Source of the DNA: Candidatus Sulfopaludibacter sp.
Lineage (GTDB): Bacteria > Acidobacteriota > Terriglobia > Bryobacterales > Bryobacteraceae
Assembly (NCBI GenBank): GCA_031292755.1
Contig: JARLGM010000008.1
Location: 21,602-85,601 of the forward strand
DNA: 64,000 nt
Direction: 5' to 3'
The translations under genes were made by a program, and so were the position numbers. A model generated the notes under the pieces. The model saw only the letters and a list, made by a program, of their open reading frames with translations. It was not told where the DNA came from and did not search any database. Shown here in pieces: positions 33,537 to 41,287 of the stretch; the stretch's first letter is position 1, and each line of letters starts with the position of its first letter.

Positions 33537-33943
33537 AGCGGCAGTTGTACTTCGTCGATGTCGTCTGGTTCCTCTTCTGTGCGGTGGTGATTATGGTGCG
33601 GGTGCCGGCGGGCCCACGATTCTATGCCGGCATGGGCCTGATGGCCGTGTCTTTTACTTTGTGGATGGCGGCGCGCTTCCAGCTCGGGAGATCTTTCCGC
33701 GCGACGGCCCAGGCTCACAAGCTGGTCACCACGGGACTGTATTCCAAATTTCGCAATCCCATTTACCTGTTCGGTCAGCTGGCATTTCTCGGGCTGGCGA
33801 TTGCCTGGAACACGGTGCTGGGATACGCCCTCTTCACGCTGGCGATTCCGCTGCAGATGCTGCGCGCCCGCAAGGAAAGCACCGTCCTGGAAAAGGCATT
33901 CGGAGACGAGTACCGCGCTTATCGGGCGCGCACCCTTTTTTAG
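33533..33943 (+). CDS. Small membrane methyltransferase of the ICMT/PEMT-like family
   Basis: 136 aa with ATGA overlap to the MFS gene. Four helices and the motif LVTTGLYSKFRNPIYLFG...RARKESTVLEKAFGDEYRAY. Confidence 0.7.
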   Translation: MKRQLYFVDVVWFLFCAVVIMVRVPAGPRFYAGMGLMAVSFTLWMAARFQLGRSFRATAQAHKLVTTGLYSKFRNPIYLFGQLAFLGLAIAWNTVLGYALFTLAIPLQMLRARKESTVLEKAFGDEYRAYRARTLF

Positions 33944-33985
33944 ACGGTCCTAAACTTTTCTTCGAGCCACGCCGATCTACTGTGC

Positions 33986-34447
33986 GTGAATGATTCACCA
34001 CCGCCCAAGGGCCGCGCCCGCGGCCGTCTGAGAAAGGCGCGCGAACTCGGCTACCTCAACGCCGCCTGCGACCCGCGTCTCGCCGGCCTCCACAGCCAGT
34101 GGTGCTGGCGCCTCAAGATTCCCGTCATCTGGATGGAACGCCGTTCGCCGCACTCACGTTTCGGACGGGTCCACCTGGATCTGTTCACCACGCCGCGCGC
34201 CTTGACCCCCGCCGGTCGCGCCGCCCTGAAGGCAATCACGGAGCGCCTGGCCATCCGCGGAACCGCCGCGGTCTCTTCACACGATGCCTGCTGGGACCGG
34301 GTGCCACTCCGGCAACTGGAAGAACTGGCGAGCGCCGTCTTCCGCGCCGTCAACCGTCCGGGCAACTACCAATGGGACCTGCCGCAGCCCGCGGTAATTC
34401 AGGGACCGGCCAAGCTGCTGCCGTTCCCCGAGCGCGCCACGGCGTAG
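33986..34447 (+). CDS. Hypothetical protein
   Basis: 153 aa with a GTG start, strong GC3 bias and a basic N-terminus (KGRARGRLRKAREL). No recognised domain. Confidence 0.5.
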   Translation: MNDSPPPKGRARGRLRKARELGYLNAACDPRLAGLHSQWCWRLKIPVIWMERRSPHSRFGRVHLDLFTTPRALTPAGRAALKAITERLAIRGTAAVSSHDACWDRVPLRQLEELASAVFRAVNRPGNYQWDLPQPAVIQGPAKLLPFPERATA

Positions 34448-34449
34448 GC

Positions 34450-35043
34450 CTACTGCTCCGCCACTCGCGTCAGTTCATCGATGGTCCGCTGCAAACCGGC
34501 CGCCGCGCGCCAATTCAGCCGGATGGTGAACCAGAACCACGCCACCATGATCGCCAGGCCGGGAAGCGCGCGCCACCAGTCCGCCGGATGATCCGGCCGG
34601 ATCTTCGGCGCGATCGTCGCCAGGGAGAACACCACCACTCCCGGGATCAGCGGCCCCAGATACCACAGGCCGATCGAACGTAGCAGGTCGCGCTGACGCT
34701 CCAGTTCGCGCCGGTGAAAGGCCACGCAGCTTTCGAACCCGCCGCCGGCAGGCACAAGTTCCGGCGCAGCCTGCCGGTTCATGCGATAAATCACGAAGAC
34801 CAGTCCGGCGATGGTAAGCAGCGACCCCGCACGCTCCATGGGACTGGGGAACAAATACAAGAACAGCCCGAAGACCACGATCATCACCAGGGCGACCGTG
34901 GTTTCCCGCCGGTTTCGCGTCCGGATCTGCCGTTCGAACCGGACCGCTTTGCTTCGAATCTCTTCCATCGTGATCATGAGAGGCTCCACATGCTGGCTTT
35001 GCCAGATTTCCATCGGATCGTCCGGGGCAGGTTCATTCACCAT
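34450..35043 (-). CDS. Four-helix membrane protein co-transcribed with an ECF sigma factor (candidate non-canonical anti-sigma partner)
   Basis: 197 aa. Overlaps the sigma gene end by 11 nt. A cytoplasmic N-terminal helix (MEEIRSKAVRFERQIRTRNRRE) is followed by 4 hydrophobic helices. No HxxxCxxC motif. Confidence 0.7.
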   Translation of the reverse strand: MVNEPAPDDPMEIWQSQHVEPLMITMEEIRSKAVRFERQIRTRNRRETTVALVMIVVFGLFLYLFPSPMERAGSLLTIAGLVFVIYRMNRQAAPELVPAGGGFESCVAFHRRELERQRDLLRSIGLWYLGPLIPGVVVFSLATIAPKIRPDHPADWWRALPGLAIMVAWFWFTIRLNWRAAAGLQRTIDELTRVAEQ

Positions 35044-35548
35044 GGCGTGCTCCTCGATAAAACTGTCGGGTCAGGAGATGCTTGATGCGATGGATCTTAG
35101 TCGCGGCGTTGCCGGGCGTGATCCCCGTAATTTCGCCGATAGCCGCCGCGTCCATGCCCTCCAGATAGGAGAGAATCACCTGCCGGTCCAGCGGCTTCAA
35201 TCGCTGGATCAAAGCCAGCAGTCGCTCCAGCGCCCGCGCGCGATCCACCGACGCTTCGGCTGCATCGCCGCCCGCCAGGGTATCCAGATCCTCCAGGCTC
35301 ACCAGCGGCGCATTGTTGCGGCGCTGCCGCATCACGTACGAGGTGGCCGCATTGTGCGCCACGCGATACACCCACGTGCGCAGGGAACATCGCCCGTCAA
35401 ACGCGGCGAAGCTGCGCCACAACGCGATGTGAATATCCTGCACCAGATCGCGGCGCCTGTCGGCATCGGCCTCATAGGCCCGCGCCAGACGTTCCACCGC
35501 CGCCCCGTAACTGCCCGCCGTTTCGCGGTACAGCTCGTCCTGTCCCAC
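35033..35548 (-). CDS. ECF-type RNA polymerase sigma factor
   Basis: 171 aa with a GTG start. Region 2 is DLVQDIHIALWRSF..., with LRTWVYRVAHN. Region 4 is ILSYLEGMDAAAIGEITGITPGNAATKIHR. Confidence 0.9.
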   Translation of the reverse strand: MGQDELYRETAGSYGAAVERLARAYEADADRRRDLVQDIHIALWRSFAAFDGRCSLRTWVYRVAHNAATSYVMRQRRNNAPLVSLEDLDTLAGGDAAEASVDRARALERLLALIQRLKPLDRQVILSYLEGMDAAAIGEITGITPGNAATKIHRIKHLLTRQFYRGARHGE

Positions 35549-35608
35549 ACCCGGATAGTCGCTGATGCGCGCCGCTTCTTACAAGGATTTTTCGCGTGTG
35601 CCGCCGGC

Positions 35609-36250
35609 TCAATAGCCGTTGTCCCGCAGTTTCTCCACGGTGAGCCCGGTTTTGATATCCAGTTTGCGCAGTAGCTTTTCCACGTGCTTGGCCAGGACGT
35701 CGCACTCCAGATTGAGGCGCGAGCCGGCGCGGTATCCCGCCAGGGTGGTATTGCGGTACGTGTGCGGAATAATCGTCACGCTCAGCACGTCTGCCTCCAG
35801 CGCGGCAATCGTAAGACTGATCCCGTCGATCGCGATGGAGCCCTTGTACACCAGGAACGCGTCCAGATCGGCCGGCACGCGAATCCGCAGCCACCAGTTT
35901 TCGCTGCCCAGCTCTTCCAGACTCAGAAACTCGCCGGTGCCATCCACGTGCCCCTGTACGATGTGACCGCTCAGGCGCCCGGTGGGCGACATGGGCCGCT
36001 CCAGGTTCACCCGCGACCCGGCCCGCAGGCTGCCCAGATTACTGCGGCGGAGCGTCTCCGGCGCCAGGTCCGCCGAAAAGGAATCCGGCTTCAGATCCAC
36101 CGCGGTCAGGCAGACGCCATTCACCGCGATGCTCGCCCCTTCCGTCATGTCGCTCATCACCGTGCCGCAGCGCACCTTCAGGAGCGCGCCGGCGGCCCGC
36201 GATTGCACCGCGTCCACGGTGCCCAGTTCCTCAATAATCCCGGTGAACAT
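35609..36250 (-). CDS. ribE: Riboflavin synthase (alpha chain)
   Basis: Canonical N-terminus [12 protein letters not shown], with internal duplication (GASIAVNGVCLTAV / KGSIAIDGISLTIA). Confidence 0.93.
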   Translation of the reverse strand: MFTGIIEELGTVDAVQSRAAGALLKVRCGTVMSDMTEGASIAVNGVCLTAVDLKPDSFSADLAPETLRRSNLGSLRAGSRVNLERPMSPTGRLSGHIVQGHVDGTGEFLSLEELGSENWWLRIRVPADLDAFLVYKGSIAIDGISLTIAALEADVLSVTIIPHTYRNTTLAGYRAGSRLNLECDVLAKHVEKLLRKLDIKTGLTVEKLRDNGY

Positions 36251-37340
36251 CCACGTATCCTTCCACGGCGAACTCGTCCGGCGGAATCGAATGCAGCGTG
36301 ATGCCGTGAATGCGAATGGCATCGCTGCGCCGCCGCCGCCCGATCCCTCCGGCCAGGGGCAGCGCCTCCAGCCCGCCCAGGATCTTCGGCCCGTAATAAA
36401 AGAAGATGCGATCCACGCAGCCAGACTCTAGCGCCGCCCAGTTCACCTTGCTGCCCGCCTCAATCATCAGCGAAAGGTACCGGCGCCCGGCCAGCCACCC
36501 GATGGTGCTGCGCAGGTCGCTACGCCCGCCCGCGCCGTCGAACACCAGCACCTGAATGCCGCGCGCCTCCAGCGCCTTGCGGCGGTCGGGAGACGAGGCC
36601 GAGGTGGTCACCACCGCCAGGTCCTGGTTTACCGTGCGGGCCATCTTCGAATCCAGCGGCAGGCGCAGTTGCGAATCCAGCACGATGCGCATCAGGGGAC
36701 GGCTGCGCGCCATGCCGGTGCGGTCAGTCAGGGCGCAATCGTCCGCCAGCACCGTGCCGATCCCGGTCAGAATGGCGTCGTGATCGTGTCGCAGTTCCTG
36801 CACGTGGGAGCGTGCGCGCTCGCTGGTGATCCAGCCGCGATTGTCGTCCGGCGCCGAAATCTTGCCGTCCAGAGTGATGGCCGTTTTCAGCGTCACCAGC
36901 GGACGGCCGGTCCGCATGAAATGCACGAACGGCTCGTTCAGCTTCAGGGCTTCGGCGGCGAATTCGGGCAGCATCGCCACTTCCACCCCGGCTTCCCTGA
37001 GCTTGCGGAAACCCTTTCCGGCCACCAGGGGATTGGGATCCTCGATGGGCGCCACCACCCGCGCCACTCCCGCCGCAATCAGCGCTTCGGCGCATGGCGG
37101 CGTCCGCCCCTGGTGCGAGCAAGGCTCCAGGTTCAGGTAGACTGTGGCCCCGCGCGCCTTCTCGCCGGCCTCGCGCAGCGCGATCACCTCCGCGTGATCC
37201 ACGCCCTCATACGTATGAAAGCCCCGCCCCACCGCTTCGCCATCGCGCACCACTACCGCACCCACCATGGGGTTAGGACTTGCCAGCGCCCGGCCCTCGC
37301 GAGCCAGGTCCAGCGCTTCGCGCATATATGCCGGGTTCAT
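36231..37340 (-). CDS. ribD: Bifunctional riboflavin biosynthesis protein RibD (pyrimidine deaminase / uracil reductase)
   Basis: From ATG 37340: [13 protein letters not shown]...[10 protein letters not shown], zinc motif HAE...[11 protein letters not shown], and a C-terminal reductase domain. Overlaps ribE by 20 nt and the ftsY stop by 4 nt. Confidence 0.92.
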   Translation of the reverse strand: MNPAYMREALDLAREGRALASPNPMVGAVVVRDGEAVGRGFHTYEGVDHAEVIALREAGEKARGATVYLNLEPCSHQGRTPPCAEALIAAGVARVVAPIEDPNPLVAGKGFRKLREAGVEVAMLPEFAAEALKLNEPFVHFMRTGRPLVTLKTAITLDGKISAPDDNRGWITSERARSHVQELRHDHDAILTGIGTVLADDCALTDRTGMARSRPLMRIVLDSQLRLPLDSKMARTVNQDLAVVTTSASSPDRRKALEARGIQVLVFDGAGGRSDLRSTIGWLAGRRYLSLMIEAGSKVNWAALESGCVDRIFFYYGPKILGGLEALPLAGGIGRRRRSDAIRIHGITLHSIPPDEFAVEGYVDVHRDY

Positions 37341-38287
37341 TTTTCGAAGAGCGATGCGATAAACTTTTCGGAGTCGAACGGCAGCAGGTCGTCCACCTTC
37401 TCGCCCACCCCGATGTAGCGGATCGGCAGGTTCAGCTCGCGCGCGATGGCCACCACGATTCCACCCTTGGCCGTGCCATCCAGTTTGGTGAGCACGATGC
37501 CGGTCACGCCGCTGGTGTCGGTGAACTTGCGCGCCTGTTCCAACCCGTTCTGCCCGGTGGTGGCATCCAGCACCAGCAGCACTTCGTGCGGCGCATCGGG
37601 AATCACCTTCTTGGCCGTGCGATCCATCTTCTGCAATTCGGCCATCAGGTTCTCTTTGGTCTGGAGCCGGCCGGCAGTGTCTACGATCACATAGTCGGTT
37701 CGGCGCGCGCGCGCCGCATTCAAGGCGTCGAACAGCACCGCGCTCGGGTCGCTGCCCTGATTCTGGCGGATCACCGGAGTGCCGGTGCGCTCGCCCCAAA
37801 TCTCCAATTGTTCGATGGCGGCGGCGCGGAACGTATCGGCGGCGCACAACAGCACGGTGCGCTGCTCACTCTTGAACCGCTGGCTCAGCTTGCCGATCGT
37901 GGTGGTCTTTCCCGACCCATTCACGCCCACCACCAGGATCACCGCGGGCGGCTCGGTGACGCGCACCGGCGCCCGTTCGCTGGCCTCCAGAATCTCCAGC
38001 AGGTGCTCCCGGATCATGCCCTTCACTTCAGCCGCGTCGGCCAGTTGGTGTCGGCTGGCCCGCTCGCGAATCCGCTCCAGAATCTCCTCGGTGGTGCGCA
38101 CCCCGATGTCCGCCGAAATCAGCGTATACTCCAGTTCGTCCAGCAGGTCGGCGTCGATTTCCTTCTTGCCCTGTAGCGCGTCTTCCAGCGCATTGACCAG
38201 CCCGGCGCGCGTCTTTTGCACGCCGCTTTTCAGCTTTTCCAGAAGAGTGGGCTCTTGCTCCACAGAGCCGAACAGAGTTTGAATCAT
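37337..38287 (-). CDS. ftsY: Signal recognition particle receptor FtsY
   Basis: 316 aa. NG domain motifs [30 protein letters not shown] and IGVGE. Confidence 0.95.
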   Translation of the reverse strand: MIQTLFGSVEQEPTLLEKLKSGVQKTRAGLVNALEDALQGKKEIDADLLDELEYTLISADIGVRTTEEILERIRERASRHQLADAAEVKGMIREHLLEILEASERAPVRVTEPPAVILVVGVNGSGKTTTIGKLSQRFKSEQRTVLLCAADTFRAAAIEQLEIWGERTGTPVIRQNQGSDPSAVLFDALNAARARRTDYVIVDTAGRLQTKENLMAELQKMDRTAKKVIPDAPHEVLLVLDATTGQNGLEQARKFTDTSGVTGIVLTKLDGTAKGGIVVAIARELNLPIRYIGVGEKVDDLLPFDSEKFIASLFEK

Positions 38288-38294
38288 TTTGCTT

Positions 38295-38306
38295 CTAGTA
38301 TACTAG
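38295..38306. promoter_or_regulatory. Perfect 12-bp palindrome CTAGTATACTAG carrying TATACT on both strands, between divergent ftsY and the epimerase gene
   Basis: Plus-strand TATACT is at 38299-38304, 10 nt before ATG 38315. Minus-strand TATACT is at 38302-38297, 9 nt before the ftsY ATG (38287). The whole intergenic region is 27 nt. Confidence 0.45.
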
Positions 38307-38314
38307 CCACGGAC

Positions 38315-39274
38315 ATGGGCTCTGATATTCAGAAGGTGGCTCTTTTCGGCGCGGCCGGCGCCGTAGGCCATGCCGTAGCGCCGGAACTGGCACGACGGGG
38401 CATTCCGTTTCGCGCGGTCGGACGCAATCGCGCGCGCCTCGAAAGCGAGTTCGGCAAGCTGCCGCAGGTCGAGATTTTCGATGCCGACCTGAGCGATTTG
38501 CGTGCCGCCGGCGCGGCCGCGCGCGGCGCCGATACCATCATTTACTGCGTGGGCCTTCCCTACCCTTCGCATCGCCTCCACCCGGTACTGATGCGCACCA
38601 CCCTGGAAGCCGCCGCCGCCATGCAAGTGAAGCGCATCGTGCTGATCTCCAGCGTGTATGGATACGGCGTCCCACGCGCTTCCCGCGTTCCCGAAACGCA
38701 CCCTCGCGAGCCGCAGACGCGCAAGGGTGCATACCGCAAGGAGCAGGAAGACCTCGTCCTGGAGGCGCACCGCAAAGGCACGCTGGCCGGCCTGATCGTC
38801 CACCTGCCGGATTTCTACGGCCCGCACGCCGATATCGGTCTGGCCAATCCGATCTTCCGCGCCGCCCTGGCCGGCAAAACCGCCAACTGGGTCGGCCCCG
38901 TGAATACACCGCACGAGTTCGTGTTCATGCCCGACGCCGGCCCGGTAGTGGTGGACCTTGCCATCCGTCCCGAGTGTTACGGCGAAGCCTGGAACTTCGG
39001 CGGCCCCGGCGAAATCAATACCATGGATTTCATTACCCGCATCTACCGCGCGGTGGGCCGAGCCCCGAAGTACCGCACCGCCGGACGTGGCCTGTTGAAA
39101 CTGCTCGGCTACTTCAACGCGGATATCCGTGAAGTGGTGGAAATGCTCTATCTGCAGGAAACGCCGGTAATTCTGGACGACAGCAAACTCGCCGCCAAAC
39201 TGGGGCCGCTCCACAAGACCAGCTACGACGAAGGCATTCAGAAAACGCTGGAGTGGATGAGGTCGCCCCAGTAA
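38315..39274 (+). CDS. NAD(P)-dependent epimerase/dehydratase-family (SDR) protein
   Basis: 319 aa from ATG 38315. Rossmann motif VALFGAAGAVGHAV. Overall pattern fits an extended SDR. Confidence 0.8.
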   Translation: MGSDIQKVALFGAAGAVGHAVAPELARRGIPFRAVGRNRARLESEFGKLPQVEIFDADLSDLRAAGAAARGADTIIYCVGLPYPSHRLHPVLMRTTLEAAAAMQVKRIVLISSVYGYGVPRASRVPETHPREPQTRKGAYRKEQEDLVLEAHRKGTLAGLIVHLPDFYGPHADIGLANPIFRAALAGKTANWVGPVNTPHEFVFMPDAGPVVVDLAIRPECYGEAWNFGGPGEINTMDFITRIYRAVGRAPKYRTAGRGLLKLLGYFNADIREVVEMLYLQETPVILDDSKLAAKLGPLHKTSYDEGIQKTLEWMRSPQ

Positions 39275-39298
39275 GTTCAAAGCCGCGGGGAGAAGGTA

Positions 39299-39304
39299 TA
39301 TACT
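39299..39304 (+). promoter_or_regulatory. -10-like hexamer TATACT, 8 nt upstream of ATG 39313
   Basis: Read directly. The spacer ggccaacc has no SD. Confidence 0.35.
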
Positions 39305-39312
39305 GGCCAACC

Positions 39313-40560
39313 ATGAAGAGACTTCTGCCATTCCTCTTACTCATTCCGGCCCTCTTTGCGCAAACACCGCCGCTAGAAGAACTCATCGCCGCGGCCCGCG
39401 GGGGTCCCTCCGCCCCCGGCCTGAAGGATCGCATCGCGAAGACGCTTTCCGCGCGCGGCGGCACCGCCGTCTGGGGCCAGGACTATCTCTTCGTCGCCGA
39501 TTCACCCTCGGCCGTCACCATCTCGATCGACCGCGAGCCCGCCGTTCCCATGGCGCAGATCCCCGGATCCACCCTCTGGATGCTGCTCACCAAAATGCGT
39601 ACCGGCGTGACCCATCCGTATCAGTATTACGCCGCCGGCAAGCCGCTGGGCGCGCGCGGCGACGCGGTGGGCTACAATCCCGATTCGTATCCCAAGCCGG
39701 GCGTCCCCCGCGGCACGGTCAGCGAGAAGCGCACCATCGTAAGCAAAATATACGACGGCATGACGTCGAATTACTGGGTCTATGCTGCGCCCGGGGTCGA
39801 TCCCGCCGCTCCCGCGCCCCTGATGGTATGGCAGGATGGCCAGGGGCAGGTCGGCGAGTTCTCGCACTCCCGCCTGTTCACCGTCACCGAAAACCTGGTG
39901 TCCCAAAAACTGCTGCCGCCCCTCGTTTACGTGATGATCCAGCCCGGCCAATCGCCGGAGGGCCGGGCCATGCGTTCCATTGAGTACGACACGATGAGCG
40001 ATCGCTACGCCCGCTTCCTGATGGAAGAGGTGCTGCCCGAAGTGGAGAAGAGTTACAAACTCCGGCCGGATGGGTACAGCCGCGCCATCGGCGGCGAATC
40101 CTCGGGCGGTATCTGCGCCTTCAATGTTGCGTGGCTCATGCCCGACAAGTTCGCCCGCGTGCACTCCGCCGTGGGCAGTTTCACCTCGATTCAATGGCAC
40201 CCGGAGGAAAAGCTGGAGGGCGGCAACGTCTATCCTTTCAAGGTCCGCAAAGAGCCCAAGCGCAACATCCGCGTATGGATGAGCGACGGGTCCGACGACC
40301 TGGAAAACCAATTCGGTTCCTGGCCCATGCAGGCCATCCAAATGGCCAATTCCCTCAAGCTGCGCGAATACGATTTCCATTTCCGCTTCGGCACTGCCGC
40401 TCATGGAGGAGCGCAGGCTGCGCTGGATCTGCCCGAATCCCTGGCCTGGCTCTGGCGCGACTACGATCCGGCCAAGACCACCCAGGATTTCCGCATGGAC
40501 CCCGCGGAGAAAGATAAGCCCTTCTTCCGGGTCACGATCACCAGCCGCGATCCCTGGTAG
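39313..40560 (+). CDS. Secreted esterase (enterochelin-esterase-like / 'putative esterase' family)
   Basis: Signal peptide MKRLLPFLLLIPALFAQ. An N-terminal beta domain is followed by an alpha/beta-hydrolase part with RAIGGESSGGICAF (GxSxG) and a late His (FGTAAHGG). Confidence 0.75.
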   Translation: MKRLLPFLLLIPALFAQTPPLEELIAAARGGPSAPGLKDRIAKTLSARGGTAVWGQDYLFVADSPSAVTISIDREPAVPMAQIPGSTLWMLLTKMRTGVTHPYQYYAAGKPLGARGDAVGYNPDSYPKPGVPRGTVSEKRTIVSKIYDGMTSNYWVYAAPGVDPAAPAPLMVWQDGQGQVGEFSHSRLFTVTENLVSQKLLPPLVYVMIQPGQSPEGRAMRSIEYDTMSDRYARFLMEEVLPEVEKSYKLRPDGYSRAIGGESSGGICAFNVAWLMPDKFARVHSAVGSFTSIQWHPEEKLEGGNVYPFKVRKEPKRNIRVWMSDGSDDLENQFGSWPMQAIQMANSLKLREYDFHFRFGTAAHGGAQAALDLPESLAWLWRDYDPAKTTQDFRMDPAEKDKPFFRVTITSRDPW

Positions 40561-40676
40561 AACTTAGTACTTTTCGTAACATTGGGCCTGTCTGTTTAGT
40601 AACTGGACGCCGACTGGAAGTACGGTCCCGGAAACGTCCTCCCGGCTTTCGCATCTATGAAGCAGGAGGAATGACG

Positions 40677-41270
40677 ATGCGAAAGCTACCCCTACTGGCA
40701 ACCATCGCCTTGTTATGCGTATCATCCGGACTGGCCGATAAGCCGGACAAGCAGAAACAATCGCACGATGACGTCTTCACGGCAGGTCCCCCGGATCAAA
40801 CGCAACTGGTGAAGGAAGTCCGGCATAACCTTCTGTCCTTGCCGTACTTTTCGATTTTCGACGATCTCACCTTTCAGGTGAATGGCAGCGTAGTAACGTT
40901 GCAAGGGGCGTGCCCTCCCGATCCTCCGTGGGATATTAAGTCCGACGCTGAAAATGTCGTCAGGAAAATCCCGGGTGTGACCCAGGTGATCAACCAGATC
41001 AGGGTCCTTCCCTTGTCTCCCATGGATTGGGACATACGCCGGGCAGAGGCGCGAGCTATCTACGGAAATGCGGACATCGGGATGCGCTACGGCTATCAGG
41101 CGCTGCCCTCGATTCATATCATCGTGGACAACGGACACGTGACGTTGGATGGCGTGGTAGACAATCAGTTTGATGACACCCTCATCAGGACGCGCGCCAA
41201 CGAAGTGCCCAATGTATTTTCCGTCACCGATAACCTGGTGGTTCTGGATAAGGGTAAGTCGAAGAAATAA
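40677..41270 (+). CDS. Secreted protein with two BON domains
   Basis: SD AGGAGGA (40664-40670) abuts ATG 40671, so ATG 40677 (MRKLPLLATIALLCVSSGLA) is the better-spaced start. There are two BON-like units (FQVNGSVVTLQG...IPGVTQVINQIRV and HVTLDGVV...VFSVTDNLVV). Confidence 0.8.
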   Translation: MRKLPLLATIALLCVSSGLADKPDKQKQSHDDVFTAGPPDQTQLVKEVRHNLLSLPYFSIFDDLTFQVNGSVVTLQGACPPDPPWDIKSDAENVVRKIPGVTQVINQIRVLPLSPMDWDIRRAEARAIYGNADIGMRYGYQALPSIHIIVDNGHVTLDGVVDNQFDDTLIRTRANEVPNVFSVTDNLVVLDKGKSKK

Positions 41271-41287
41271 CGTTTGTAACTCAAGAA

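Noticed and set aside
40671-41270. The BON-domain gene looks less GC-rich than its neighbours, raising possible horizontal acquisition
   Set aside because: The impression is by eye only. There are no flanking mobility signatures. Composition differences of this size can reflect expression level or protein composition. It needs a computed GC and codon-usage comparison.
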